From: the human T2T-CHM13v2.0 reference genome, Homo sapiens
Reading direction: 5' to 3' (one strand)
Assembly (NCBI RefSeq): GCF_009914755.1
Contig: NC_060936.1
Length of the DNA stretch: 64,000 bases
The translations under genes were made by a program, and so were the position numbers. Below the pieces are notes generated by a model. The model ran no database searches and had not been told where the DNA came from. It was given only the letters and a program-made list of their open reading frames with translations. Of this stretch, positions 16,292-34,862 are shown piece after piece (positions within the stretch are counted from its first letter, which is position 1; each line of letters opens with the position of its first letter).

Positions 16292-16579
16292 TTTTGTTTT
16301 TGAGACAGAGTCTCCCTCTGTCACTGAGGCTGGAGTGAAGTGGTGCAATCTCGGCTCACCGCAACCTCTGCCTCTAGTGTTCAAGCAATTCTCCTGCCTC
16401 AACCTCCTGAGTAGCTGGGGTTACAGGCGTGTGCCACTACGCCCAGCTAATTTTTGTATTTTTAGTAGAGACAGGGTTTTGCCATATTGGCCAGGCTGGT
16501 CTTGAACTCCTGACCTCAGGTGATCTGCCTCGGCCTCCCAAAGTGCTGGGATTACAGGTGTGAGCCACCGCACCCGGTC
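16292..16579 (-). mobile_element. AluS
   Basis: Antisense Alu, TSD CCA(A/G)GAGGCTT. Confidence 0.95.
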
Positions 16580-16636
16580 TCCAGGAGGCTTTCTGTGTGT
16601 ACACACGCATGTGTGTGCACACATACACACACACAC

Positions 16637-16800
16637 GTTCATTCAGCTCAATGCAACCAGCCACTTTCTGCTGTTTAAGAGAAGACAAGCACTGTGCTAG
16701 GTGCTAGGGATACAGACATGAATGAGGCACAATTTTTGTCCTTAAGAAAAGCACAATTTTGTAGGAAACCACAAAAGGAAGCACGATCACATCATGTGTC
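16637..16800 (-). mobile_element. L2 3' fragment
   Basis: TTCATTCA...GCACTGTGCTAGGTGCTAGGGATACAG. Confidence 0.7.
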
Positions 16801-16879
16801 CTGCGCAGTGGCTAAGATGGACTCCGGTGAGAGGCATTTAACCCATCCATATGCCTCTAAATCGAAATCCCATGCTGTT

Positions 16880-17280
16880 GCATATCCTTCCTAGATTGAT
16901 TGAGAGCCAAGTTTCATACACAGGAGGGGATTCTTTATTGGGGGATGTGGTTTTTTTGAGTGACATGTTCTCAGGAGAAAGGAGAGAGGAGGCAGGACAG
17001 GGCAGGAGAGTTGCTAAGGATGGCAACTGCTGGAGTCTCAGCCTGGTCCCGCAGGGACCTCTGGATACACAGTTTGCAGTTCGTTATTAATATTTCCTTC
17101 ATTGAGGTAAGGGGCGGGCCCTTCACACCCTTGTCAATCAGTCATTGGCTGTGGGCTGCTCTGGGGGTGGGAGCAGAGAAGGTGAGACTGCTCCCACTTG
17201 ATCGAGGACAGCCCTCTAGGAAAAGGTGCAACTCTGAGCTGTTAGCAGCCAAGACTCATAGTGGCAGGGAGTGAAGGCGC
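16880..17280 (-). mobile_element. LTR33 (ERVL) LTR
   Basis: CAATCAGTCATTGGCTGTGGGCTGC...TGAGCTGTTAGCAGCCAA. Confidence 0.75.
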
Positions 17281-17378
17281 CAGCAGCATCTTTGAACCAC
17301 TTCTCCTTCTCCATCCCCAACCCTTCACATGGGTAGGCTCCCAGGCCCACAGACACTGCAGATAGAAAAATCAAGTTT

Positions 17379-17679
17379 GGCCAGGCATGGTAACTCATGC
17401 CAGTAATCCCAGCACTTCAGGAGGCTGAGGCAGGAGGATCACTTGAGCCCAGGAGTTTCAGAGCAGCCTGGGCACCAAATCAAGACTGTACAAAAAATTT
17501 AAGAAGTTTGCCAGATACACTGGCTTTTGCCTGTAGTCCCAGCTACTCAGGAGGCTGAGGCAGGAGGATCTCTGGAATCCGGGAATTTGAGGTTGCAGTA
17601 AGCTATGATCATGCCACTGCATTCCAGCCTGGGTAACAGAGCAAGAACCTGGCTCTAAATAAATAAATAAATAAATAAA
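17379..17679 (+). mobile_element. AluJ
   Basis: Dimeric Alu with (TAAA)n tail. Confidence 0.9.
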
Positions 17680-17784
17680 GCCGAGTTTGCAGCTATCACA
17701 GACTCTCAGCTGAAAAAACCCTTAAAGATCACCTAATCCATCCCCTAGATTTTGATGATGAGGCCTGAAGAGGCTCAGTCATTT

Positions 17785-17993
17785 GTCTACAGCTGTTGTG
17801 ACAAACTCCAAAGCCATAGGGGCCAGGCAGGAAAAACAGATGCTGTCTAAGGTTCTAAGGAGTGGTGAGGACTGTGGCAAATTGGAGACAGGGGTTTCTC
17901 TAATGGGTCCGCAGCAGCCTGGTTCCTACAGCCACGAGGGAATGAGGGCCCAGAGTGATTGGCGCCTCTGAATTTCCCCAGAGAAGCTGGAAG

Positions 17994-18044
<51 letters not shown>

Positions 18045-18175
18045 CTGTGTGAAATCTTTCTGTTTTGAAATGTTGGCAACTCTTGGAAATTCTTGAGAAC
18101 ACTGTATGGGCCAAGGAAAATATGTCAGTGGATGAGACTTGGCCCCAGGGTCACCAGTGTGCAGTGTCTGGTCTA
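17785..18175 (+). mobile_element. MER103-like hAT element
   Basis: GGCAAATTGGAGA...AGAGAAGCTGGAA...TGTGAAATCT...AAATGTTGGCAACT. Confidence 0.65.
17996..18043. repeat. (GT)24 microsatellite
   Basis: Perfect dinucleotide run. Confidence 0.98.
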
Positions 18176-18459
18176 TGGCCTGAGGCACGTGGGAAGTGCA
18201 GCAAGGATTCCTGGATTAAGGGGCTTTCTATCATGCCAGTAACAGGACGAGAGAAGAAACAGACCAGATGCGGGAGGAGAGAAGGAAGAGGGCTCCAGAG
18301 GAAGGAAATGGGAACAGAAACAGAAACCTGGGGCTTGCGGGTGCAGGGGGACACTCATCTCCAGGGTCTCCAGGGTAAGCTGGAAGGGGAAGCCCAGGGC
18401 TTACTGGTATTGTTTTGTTTCGTTTTGTTTAAATGAGGATGAAATTCACATAACATTAA

Positions 18460-18771
<312 letters not shown>

Positions 18772-18860
18772 TAACAATAACTATTTTAAAGCATACAATT
18801 CAATGGCATTAAGTATATCCACAATATTGTACAACCATCAGCTCTATCTAGGCTCCAAAA

Positions 18861-18863
<3 letters not shown>

Positions 18864-18895
<32 letters not shown>

Positions 18896-19188
18896 AGATA
18901 GGGTCTCACTCTGTCTCCCAGGCTGGAGTGCAGCGGCACAATCTTGGCTCACTGAAGCCTCAGTCTCCCCAGGCTCAAGTGATTCTCCCACCTCACGCCC
19001 CTCAAGTAGCTGGGAACATACGTGCACGCCACTATGCCTGGCTAATTTTATTTTATTTTTGTATTTTTTGTAGAGACAGTGTTTTGCTATGTTGGCCAGG
19101 CTGGTCTTGCACTCCTGAGCTCAAGCGATCCACCCGCCTCAGCCTCCCAAAGTGCTGGAGATATAGGCATGAGACACTGTGCCTGGCC
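18864..19188 (-). mobile_element. AluJ
   Basis: Antisense Alu, TSD CCAAAACT. Confidence 0.9.
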
Positions 19189-19378
19189 CCAAAACTTTTT
19201 ATCGACTCAAATGGAAACCCCATACCTGTTAGCAAGCACTTCCCATTCCCTCCTTCCCAGCCCATGGCAACCATGAATCTGCTTTCTGTCTCCCTGGATG
19301 TACTCATTCTGGACAGTTCATATAAATGGAATTACAGACTATCTGGCCTTTTGCGCCTGGCTTCTTCCACTTAGCTAA

Positions 19379-19694
19379 TTTTTTTTTTTTTTTTTTTTTT
19401 TTTTTTGGCAGAGTATCACTCCATCACCCAGACTGGAGTGCAGTGGCTCAATCCTTGATCTTGGCTCACTGCAACCTCTACCTCCCAAGCTCAAGTGATT
19501 CCCATACCTCAGCCTCCCGAGTAGTTGGGATTACAGGGATCTGTCACCCTGCCCAGCTACCTTTTGTATTTTTAGTAGACATGGGGTTTCGCCATGTTGG
19601 CCAGGCTGGTCTTGAACTTCTGACCTGAAGCGATCCTCCTGCCTCAGCCTCCCAAAGTGCTGGGATTACAGGCCGTGAGCCACCGCACCCGGCC
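19379..19694 (-). mobile_element. AluS/J
   Basis: Antisense Alu. Confidence 0.9.
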
Positions 19695-19834
19695 GGCCTG
19701 TTTTGGGGTTCATCCACACTGTAGGATGCATCAATACTTCATCCATTGATGGTTATTCGGGTTGTCCTGCAGTTGTGGATAGACCCAGGGCTCACTTTTC
19801 AAAGGGAGGTAATCCACCCTAGCGTTTAGGAACA

Positions 19835-20389
<555 letters not shown>

Positions 20390-20536
20390 TGGGGACACAG
20401 AAAATTGAGGACTCGGGAGTTGGGAAAACTTCTTAGTAGCTTTGTGACTGTTCACCCCAGGGCTGGTCCTTGTCTTGTTGAATGTCGCATCCCTCACTGC
20501 CAGAACAGTGCTTGGCCCATCGTAGGGGCTCAATAA

Positions 20537-20845
<309 letters not shown>

Positions 20846-20857
20846 TAAGTTAATTAA

Positions 20858-21167
<310 letters not shown>

Positions 21168-21376
21168 AGTGTCACTGCACTTTTCTATGCCTCGGTTTCC
21201 TCACCTGAGATGAGGAAAGCTAATGTTATCTCTCAGGGGAGTTGGGAGGATGAGGAAGCTTGCAGCACGTGGAAGCTTTCTTCCCTGGTTTTTTAATGGC
21301 AGGGTGGGTAGCAAATTTACTAGAAGCAAATTTCCATCAATACTGAGGAGCAAGGCAAAAAACAAGAAACAAAACT

Positions 21377-21684
<308 letters not shown>

Positions 21685-21692
21685 TAAGGAGC

Positions 21693-21996
21693 AGCTGGGC
21701 ACGGTGGCTCACGCCTGTAATCCCAGCACTTTGGGAGGCTGAGGTGGGTGGATCACTTGAGGTCAGACGTTCAAGACTAGCCTGGCCAACATGGCGAAAC
21801 CCCATCTCTCTACTAAAAATACAAAACTTAGCCGGGCGTGGTGGTGTGCGCCTGTAATCCCAGCTACTCGGAAGGCTGTGGCAGGAGGATCGCTTGAACC
21901 CAGAGGCGGAGGCTGTAGTGAGCTGAGAGCACACCACTGTACTCCAGCCTGGTTGACAGGAGAGAAACTCTGTCTCGAAACAAACAAACAAAAAAC
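21693..21996 (+). mobile_element. AluS
   Basis: Dimeric Alu. Confidence 0.95.
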
Positions 21997-22179
21997 TGAA
22001 GAGCATTTGCTGGGTCTCTGTGAGACTGGAAGCACATCAAGGATTTCTGCAGCTTGGCTGAGTGGCCCCAGGTCTGGAGAAAAGGGCTGATGAGCAGAAA
22101 AAGACACCAAGGAGACGTCAAGGGAAACGGTGCCTGAGAGAAATTGACAGAGAGAAATTCGGATGAACAGGGAAGGTTC

Positions 22180-23003
22180 AGTGAGTGTGTGTGTGCGTGC
22201 ATGCGTCCACGTGTGAATGAGTGTGTGTGAGCACGTGCATGCGTCCACGTGTGAATGAGTGTGTGTGCGTGTGTGTCCATGTGTGAGTGGGTGTCTGTAA
22301 ATGTGTGTTGTGTGTACATTTGAGGATTGTGTGTGTATGAATGTATGTGAGTATTGTGCATGCACACGTGTCTGTGTGAGACTAAATAATGTGTGAATGA
22401 GTGTCTTTGTGTGAATGTGTGAGAGTGTGCATGTCTGTGTGCGTGAGTGCTGTGTGTGCCTGTGAGACTTGTGTGTGAGTGTGTGAATGTGTGTGAACAC
22501 GTGCGAATGTGTCTCTGTGACAATGTGTGTGAACCTCTGTGAACATGTGTCTGAATGGGGCATGTGAATATGTGTGTGTGAGTGCATATGCGATTACGTG
22601 TGCCTGTATGAGCGTGTCTGGGAGAGTGTGTGTGTTGTATGTGCATGTCTGTGTGTATGCGTGAATGAGGGGGGTGTGTGTGATTGTGTCTGAGTGTGTC
22701 TGGGAGAGTAAGTGTGTGTGCACATGTCTATGAGTATGTGTGCATGTGTGAACGAGTGTCGTGTATGTGTGAGTGCATGTATGTGATTGTGTGTGTGTGT
22801 CTGAGCGTGTCTGGGAGAGTGTGTGAGTATTGTGTGCACATGTCTGTGTATGTGCATGTGTGAATGAGTGTCGTGTGTGTGATTGTGTGTGTCTGTATAT
22901 GTCTGGGAGAGTGTGTGAGTGTTGTGTGTGCCTGTCTGTGAGTGTGTATGTGTGAATGAGGGGCACGTGTGAGTGCGTGTGTGTGTGCGCGCGCGTGTGT
23001 GTC
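22180..23003. repeat. ~820-bp degenerate (TG)-rich tract with higher-order repeats
   Basis: Alternating purine/pyrimidine; TGTCTGGGAGAGT occurs four times; GTGTGAATGAG recurs. Confidence 0.95.
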
Positions 23004-23779
23004 ACGGGTGAGGGGATGGGGGCGTGGGGAGGAGCAGGGAGCTGAAAGCCTCCCCGGCCCACAGATCTGGGAATTCCACTGTGACTTCAGTTGCGGCTAC
23101 ACTTTCGGCTGGATGCTGGGGGCAGCAGTGCAGTGGGGTCTGAAAGCGGAATGACCCTATCTGGGTTTTGTCTTGATGAGAGAAAATTCTTTGCCCAAGG
23201 CAACAGTCCCCCCGGGGCGTGCCCTCCGCTGTGGGTGACTGAGAGCTCCAGAGAGCCCAGGGATCCTCTTCAAACCCAATTTGCATTAGAAATCAATGTG
23301 GGTTTCTTTTTTTTTTTTTTTCCCCCTTGAAGCCCCAAGATGCCAAGACCCTCGAGCAAGTAATAATGATGCTTTTCAGACCAGGACTTCAAGCTGCTTC
23401 ACTGTGATTAGTCTCCTTTTAGACACAGGAAAACTGGGGTGACTTGAAGGAATTCTGCTGACAGGTCAAAGGGAGGCTGTGGCCTTCCCGCCAAGGTGAC
23501 CTCAGGGGTCACAGAAACCTCGGCTCCATGCTGGGTCCCACTTACCTGGGGGCCATGGCACAAGGAGATCCTGCTGGTTTCTGTCCAGAAGTAAATTGAG
23601 TCTCTTGTGGATGTCTCCAGGGTGTAACCCTGCAGGCTGAAGCTGCCTGTCTCCTGTGGGGGCAAAAGGCAGGCTGAGCACAGATTCCAAAGGCCCTTTT
23701 GTGGTCAGCTCTGACACGAGGCAGTGGAGTGTCATGGAATAAGAGGCAGCTTACCCATCAGAATGGGGTTTGAGTGCTG

Positions 23780-23970
23780 TGAGAATGACCTCGGTTTCCC
23801 CATCTGTAAAATGAGGAAAAGTATCCTCCTACATAGGGCTTATTGTCTGAGAGCTAAATTGATGTAGAAAGTTTAGCACGGTGTAGGTGCACACTCAGGA
23901 GTGGTAAACCGTTAGAGTTATGGCATCTTTACCATCATCATCATCATCATCATCAATACCATCATCGACT
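23780..23970 (+). mobile_element. MIR followed by (CAT)n
   Basis: CCTCGGTTTCCCCATCTGTAAAATGAGG; CATCATCAT run 23933-23966. Confidence 0.75.
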
Positions 23971-24054
23971 CATGAAAAAGCCACTGCCCTAGCAAAGGAG
24001 GTCCTGAGAATTCCAGAGTTCCAGGATCTGAGGGGGCTAAGAAAACTCACTCCA

Positions 24055-24366
24055 GGCCAGGCACGATGGCTCGCATATGTAATCCCTGCACCTTGGGAGG
24101 CCAAGGCGGGAGGATCACTTGAGACCAAGAGTTCAAGACCAGCCTGGCCAACGTGGCAAAACCCCGTCTCTACTAAAAATACAAAAATTAGCTGGGTGTG
24201 GCTGCCTGTGCCTGCACCTGCAGTCCCAGCTACTTGGGCGACTGAGGCACAAGAAGCACTTGAACCTGGGAGGCAGAGGTTGCAGTGAGCCAAGATCGCG
24301 TCACTGCACTCCAGTCTGGACGACAGGGCGAGACTCTGTCTCAAAAAAAAAAGAAAAAAAGAAAAC
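24055..24366 (+). mobile_element. AluS
   Basis: TSD AAGAAAACTCAC. Confidence 0.95.
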
Positions 24367-24541
24367 TCACCCTACACTCCCAGCCCCTCCAGGGCAGTGG
24401 CGCTGATGGATGATGTTAATTCTGCAAAAGCAGTGACGAGATTTCTGGTAGCAGGTCACCATTCCCCTGGTTTCCTGAGAACCTTGGTGAAGCAGGCTGG
24501 ATAGGTTCTGAGAAACCCACCATCAAGAATGCTTGATGTCG

Positions 24542-24682
24542 GGCTGGCGGGGCGGGGGCATTGTGCACGTCTGTAGTCCCAGCTACTCCAGAGGCCAAGG
24601 CGGTAGGATCCTTTCAGTCCAAGAGTTCAAGACCAGCCTGCGCAACATAGTGAGACCCTGTCTTGAAGTTAAAAAAAAAAAA
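24542..24682 (+). mobile_element. FLAM (Alu monomer)
   Basis: Single arm with CTGTAGTCCCAGCTACT and A-tail. Confidence 0.8.
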
Positions 24683-24819
24683 GGAATCAAGATGGAACGT
24701 TTTTTATTTAGTCTCTGAAAGATCTGGACTAAGGATATGTGTTCATAGCCCCCAAATGGAAGATTGATTTGAAGGGAGTAGGTGTTCTGGAAAGAGGATG
24801 GGTTTGGAGGAAACCTCCA

Positions 24820-24940
24820 AATCCTGCAGACCTGGGTTTTAATCCCACTTCCGCTCTGTCTTAGCTCTGTGGGTATGAGTGAACAATGCCACCTTTCTGA
24901 GCCTCAGTCACCTTGTTTGTAAAATGGCCACAGTAATAGA
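24820..24940 (+). mobile_element. MIR
   Basis: TCTGAGCCTCAGT...TTTGTAAAATGG. Confidence 0.7.
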
Positions 24941-24942
24941 CT

Positions 24943-25567
<625 letters not shown>

Positions 25568-26048
25568 GACCCGCTTGGATGACATACATCAGATGCAGGC
25601 ACACAGTAGGAGGCTTAAAATAGTGGCTCTGTTGGTTTAATCCATTCAATCGGCGAGCAAACTGGTTTGAGACCATTGAAATGATTCTTGACAGTGAAAC
25701 AGGGTGTTTACTCAGGCCACAAACATTTACAAAGAACCTAGTATGTGCCAGATCCCAGGAACTCCAAGGGGAATGAAACAGGACCCCTGTCTAGTGGGGA
25801 GAGAAGGATCCAAGTGAAGGAGGCGAATGTCTTCTGATCGCAGGCCCCCAGGAGACGCCTCTCAGGCAACAAGCAGAGGGTGGCGTGCTCCTCTAGGGAG
25901 CTTCCCTGGCAGCTGGGCCTCCAGGGAGAGTAGACACACCCACAGAGTCTCGAGGGACCTGCCATGGTGGTCCTCAGAGACACAGGATGACAGTGACAGG
26001 CTTTCTAAGCCCAGAAACAAAACAATAGAAGAAGAAAAACATTGCTGA

Positions 26049-26890
<842 letters not shown>

Positions 26891-27019
26891 CCACCCAAGC
26901 ATGGGAGTCATAAAGCCCTGGGTTCAAAGCCCAGCTCTGACACTAGTGAGTGGTGGATTTGGGGTACACTTCTTAACCTCTCCAGGCCTCTTTTTCCTCA
27001 TCAGAGAAGTGGGGGAATA

Positions 27020-27343
27020 GGTCAGGTGGAGTCGCTCATGCCTGTAATCCCAGAACTTTGGGAGGCCAAGGCGGGCAGATTACTTAAGGTCAGGAGTTCA
27101 AGACCAGCCTGTCCAACATGGTGAAACCCCGTCTCTACTAAAAATACAAAAATTAGCTGGGTGTGGTGGTGCACGTCTGTAATCCCAGCTACTCGGGAGG
27201 CTGAGGCACGAGAATGGCTTGAATCTGGGAGGCTGAGGTTACGGTGAGCCCAGATGGCACCACTGCACTCCAGCCTGGGTGACAGAGCAAGACTTGGTCT
27301 CAAAAAAAAAAAAAAAAAAAAAAAGAAAGGAAGAAAAAGAAAA
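27020..27343 (+). mobile_element. AluS inserted in a MIR (MIR ~26900-27420)
   Basis: Dimeric Alu; flanks CTGGGTTCAAAGCCCAGCTCTG...CTTAACCTCTC. Confidence 0.9.
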
Positions 27344-28518
27344 ATGAGGGAATAATGCATGCCCAGCAGGGCTGTTCTAAAGATCCGACGAATGTATGTA
27401 GAACACATAGTAGGTTTCATAAAACAGAAAAGGTAATTGTCTCTATTCCTGGAAGGATCTGCCTGGAACCTGCCGGCCCCCTGCAGCTGGCTTCTTAAAT
27501 GCCTGCAGCTGGTGCAAGCCTCTCACTCCAAGATGTTTCCACCCCAGACACATCCCAGAGCCCCCTGCATCTCCTGGGAGGACGAGGATGGATGGAAGCG
27601 TGCTGCCAACGCTGGGACACCTGCTTGCTTTCTGGGCAGTGGCCAGGAAATCGCATCTGCTGCCAGAAGAGAGCACCTGCACATCCCGGAGAAGGGAAGG
27701 GGACAGAGCCGTGTGATTCTAGCAGAGGAACACCCATAGGATTCCTTCTGTTGTTCCCAAGGTCCAGGCTCCCAGGCTGAGTAGGCAGGAAGGAGAATGT
27801 GTCTTCACACAGGAAGCCTCACTGCCCAGAACATGGGACAGATCTAGCTGGAGCTGTGCTCAAACAGCTGTGGAGGCATTATAAATCTCTCTCCCCGAGA
27901 TGAGGTTCAGAGGCTCTTGACATGCCCTGCTAATGGTAAATCTTCCAGTGCCCACAGAGCAAGCCCTGGACTCTTAGAGCATCAAGGTGAGACTGCCTGC
28001 CCCCCTTAAGCCTGTTAATGGCATCAGTGATGTATTCCCTTCCAAATGTGGAAGGCTGCCTCTTTCTTCATTGGAAGCATCAAGGGAGTTTTAACTGTAA
28101 AACAGACTGTGCTTCAAATCCCATCTAAATGCCTCATCCTGAAGCTCTGACCTGCCACTTTTCTGCAAATGACACTGGGTGATTTGAATGGGATTAGATT
28201 GGACAGTGGCCCCTGGCTGTTGTTTAAGTTTGTGTGGGTTTTGTTGTTTGTTTGTTTTAATGCAACCTGTCTTTAAATCTTCACTTTCAAAAAAAAAAAA
28301 AGTGGTCATTAGCCTTATTTTTTATTTAGAGGATGTGAAGTCAGAAGTTCCCTTCCCTGATTTATTACCTCATAGGTTTATGACTTTGAAGAATCATTTC
28401 ATCTCTTTTAGTTTCCTCATCTGTAGAAAGGTGATTGTAAACTCTTTCTTATCGGCTGGATACAAAGATGAAATGAGATATCCTATGGCTATCAATCAGA
28501 GTTTTGAGTTGTAAACAA

Positions 28519-28712
28519 TCCATGGTATGCTGATAAATAGACTCTTCCAAAACAAAAAAAGCCCTGATTTGTAGCAGTTGCCAATTTCCGTGGTGAAACT
28601 ACACCCATCTTGGCTGATTTTAAGTGACCAACATGATGTCACTGAAAATTGAATTGGGAAGGGGTGCAAACCTTCTCCTGAGCTGGTAGGAGCTGACTCC
28701 AGCACGCCCCTG
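28519..28712 (-). mobile_element. MER63A-like hAT element
   Basis: GCCCTGATTTGTAGC...TTGCCAATTTCCGTGGTG...CTCCAGCACGCCCCTG. Confidence 0.75.
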
Positions 28713-28729
28713 AAGACAACAGATACCAA

Positions 28730-29370
28730 TGCTGACTAATTTTATTAGGAAAAATATATACCCAAAGGATATGGGGTAGCTTGCAGAATTTCCAGCAGGC
28801 AAATTGGATTTGGAGTTAGTTTGTGCATTCAGGAGTAACTCCCACATTGCCCCAGAAGTCGTCCAATAAGTGAAGATGCTACTGCTGTTCCCTCTGTCAC
28901 AGACACAGTTATATCCTCCCTTATAGCCAACAATTCTGGACACCAGTCAGTGCCACTAAAACTGCAGCCACTGACATCTCTGAAAATGCCATGTAGCTGC
29001 TGGGCTGCTACTACTCCCAGTTAGCACTGAGATGTACAGTTTCTATTTCCTCCACAATTAGTGTCTCATTTAATCTGGGAAAGTGCACCTGATTGGTGGA
29101 GCCAAGTCATGTGCCTGTGCCCTAGCTGCAAGGGAAGCTGGGGAAGGGAGAGTGTTAGTTTCTTGTGACTGCCATAATGAGTTCTCTAATGTTGTAATGA
29201 AGTCTCTAGAGGAGGACCCTTCCTTGCCTCTTCCAGCCTCTGTATCTCTCTTCTGTGTGGCTCCTAAAATGTTACTTGTCATTGCATTTAGGGCCCACTC
29301 AGTCAATCCAGGGTGATCTCATCTTGAGATAATACTTAAGCTTAATTACATCTGCAAACACAGTTTTTTC
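28730..29370 (-). mobile_element. Old MLT1 LTR remnant plus MLT1C fragment
   Basis: CTGATTGGTGGAGCCAAGTCATGTGCC...CTAGCTGCAAGGGAAGCTGG; TTTAGGGCCCAC...TAATTACATCTGCAAA. Confidence 0.6.
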
Positions 29371-29374
29371 AAAA

Positions 29375-29563
29375 AGAGTCAAAAGGTAAATTATTTTCAG
29401 TGTCAAAGGTCATACAGTTGCAACTACTTAACTGCTGTTGTAGCATGAAAGCAGCATAGACAATATGTAAATGAATAGATGTGGCTGTGTGCCAATAAAA
29501 CTTTATTAACAAAAACAAGTGGTGGGCCAGATTTGGCCCATGGGCTGTAGATGGCTGACTCCT
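29375..29563 (+). mobile_element. MER58A (hAT-Charlie)
   Basis: GTGGCTGTGTGCCAATAAAACTTTATT...GGCCAGATTTGGCCCATGGGCTGTAG. Confidence 0.85.
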
Positions 29564-29686
29564 ATTCCAGAACATGAAGGAGCCCAGCTTGTGATGAGTG
29601 CTCAGTAAGTGTGGGTTGAGTCTTCCGTCTACAGTGTCCTTGAAATGTATTGAACATGGGGACCAAGCGAGGGCAGAAATTAATAA

Positions 29687-30167
<481 letters not shown>

Positions 30168-30714
30168 TAGACTACACAAAGGTGAAAAATTGGACCCCCA
30201 AAAATAAATACACAAAAATCAAGTTTGTGAGATGAGTGTTACCTGTTTTGGAACCCAGGGCTAATGTGGCTTACAATTTGATCTCTGGTTTCATGCTCAG
30301 TGACAGCATCCAGCCAGAGACCGGGGTGCCTCTGGTCATCAGGAAGACCAGGGAAGAATGTAGAGGGATTTACACAAATTCACCCCATTGGAGGAGAAAC
30401 ACAGGCAAAAGCCTAAGTGTCACGCTGACAAAGAACAGAAACTATCAACTGCTGCCTCCATCAGGAGTGAATCACATGAAATCCAGATTTTCTACTTCCA
30501 GGATTGCAAAACATCCAAGAAACAGAGTCTGAAGGGTAAAAGAAACAAAGAGTGATAGCGTGAAAAATAAATCAGCTCTGAAGGCTGCCGGACCTGGGTC
30601 CAATTCTCAGTTGCCTGGTGACCCAGACCAGTCACTTTACTTTCCAAGCCTCAATTTCCATATCTGTAAAATGAGGAGTGTTAGACCCATCTCACCTCCT
30701 GGTTACTAGAATTA

Positions 30715-31807
<1,093 letters not shown>

Positions 31808-32218
31808 TAGCCAAGTAAGTGTGGTCCCTTAGAGGAGGGCCCTGGGGAAGGCTGACCCGTGACCAGCCACACTGTCACTGCACAGCACATTTTGGGAGTT
31901 GGTCTCTGATTAGCCTTCAGGGCCTCTGCAGTTTCTCCTGACTCTCCTCAGTGGTGGCAGATTCCCATTCTTGGAGAGTGAACTCAATTTTTAGACAGAG
32001 CCCAAGGTTAGATAGAATGGGGTCTGATGAATAAAGAAAGAGATGAAGCTGGCTGGGATCGCTTTGGGTGAGAAAACACTGGTGGCCCACAGGTCTGAAT
32101 AAGTAACTATAATAAATAATAAAATAATAATTGTAAAATAATGAGCAGAGGTTACTTGTGTGGCTTGGAGCTTGGTTCTGAAGGAACTCCCCAGAGAGGA
32201 ACTCCAAAAAGCCTTTGT

Positions 32219-32620
<402 letters not shown>

Positions 32621-32655
32621 TTATAATCGTATCTTGTGGAATTCAATCATTCAAC

Positions 32656-33257
<602 letters not shown>

Positions 33258-33384
33258 CTCATTTAACATTTATTGAGCATTAACCCCTCTGCTAGGCACT
33301 GGGTGTGTGCTGAATATGACTTGGTCTCTATACTCAGGTTTGCAGCCATAAAGAGATATTATCACAATTCTAATATGGAAACAT

Positions 33385-33468
33385 CTAGACAACGCCACCG
33401 TGGTCTGTGCAAATGTGCTCCTAGAGTTGTGCAGTGCACAGCCTATACAATGGTATATGGCAGCCTTG
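33385..33468. mobile_element. MER91-like hAT MITE
   Basis: TTGTGCAGTGCACAGCCTATACAATGGTATATGGCAGCCTTG. Confidence 0.6.
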
Positions 33469-34004
33469 CTTCATGGGAGGAAAAAATATGGAAGTAAGTT
33501 ATATTCATGGGGTCAGGGAGACATTTGATCTAGAGCATTAGGGAGATGAAGGAGTTTTTAAGGCAGAAGCCGGTAGAAGGGAGTAGGAAATTCCAGACCC
33601 AGGAACAGTGCGTCCTGAAGTACAGAGAAGGGTAAGGTACGTTCCCCAAGTGCTGAGACATCTGGTGGAACTACAGGGAAGAGGCAGGCGGGCTGGGGGC
33701 AAGGAGGCTGAGGGGACTGATTTTTCCAGTGCATGAGTCAAGATCCCTCAGGGGCTTCTGGGGGAGTCAACGAGGCTGCTGAATGTCAGGCATTCCATTC
33801 CTCTGAGTGGGTTTCGCAGCCTCTGCTGGAGAGAAAGATTGGAGAAGGAACACGGGCCTTGGCATGGCACAGACCAGATCTGGATCCCAACTCTGCAGGC
33901 GGTAGATGGTGTGTTATCCTGCAAATTCCTTAATTTACAGAAGAGCAGAAGTTTCTTTATCTTCAGAGGAGCAGGAGTTTCTTTATCTGCAAACTGGAGG
34001 TCAC

Positions 34005-34289
<285 letters not shown>

Positions 34290-34630
34290 AGAGGGCACAG
34301 TCATGCCTACTGTTAAGGATTGGTGACATGGGCAGGGGCTGTAAAAGTTATCTTCTTTCCTCTCCAACCTCTGGTCTCTGTCAATCTCTTTATGTAGGTC
34401 TCTTTGTGTAGGGGACAGAAACCAATAATTAGGGTGCTGACAGCACCAGCCCTCTGCGGGCTGAGTAAGTAGGCGATTGTTGCAGTTTCTGAAAGTCTGT
34501 CTCTAGCTATTTGGCCCAAGTTACCACATTTCTCGTTAGCAGCACGAGCCGTTTCTCTGGGTTTAGCATTGCCCTCGCTCCACAGTGGTCTTTTAAAATG
34601 CAAATCTGCCCCTTTGAGTCTCCAGTGCCT

Positions 34631-34862
34631 CAGGGTAAACTACTTTTATCAGTGTTTTCCATCTGCCCTGGAATGGGGAGGTAATGGGAGTCGCATACCT
34701 TGGGCTGGGAGGGCGGCAATGACGGGGCCCGCTCGTTAGTCCCCAGAGAGATGGCAAGGAAGCTCCTGGGATTGGAATGGAAAGGAAAAAGGAAAAGAGT
34801 GTCGACGGCATTGAATTCCCCCATGCACGGTGTTGTGTGGGGTCCTTTGGATGCCCCGAATT
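34631..34862 (+). repeat. Inverted-duplication arm 1 (partner 39097-39341)
   Basis: Hand alignment to the reverse complement of arm 2: blocks 42/46, 26/31, 47/55 and 39/47 identical. Confidence 0.95.

Noticed and set aside
21763-23062. Long His/Thr-rich ORFs (274, 260 and 226 aa) on the minus strand
   Set aside because: They are translations of the (CA)-rich strand of the TG tract, open in several frames, and two run into an Alu. No coding signature.
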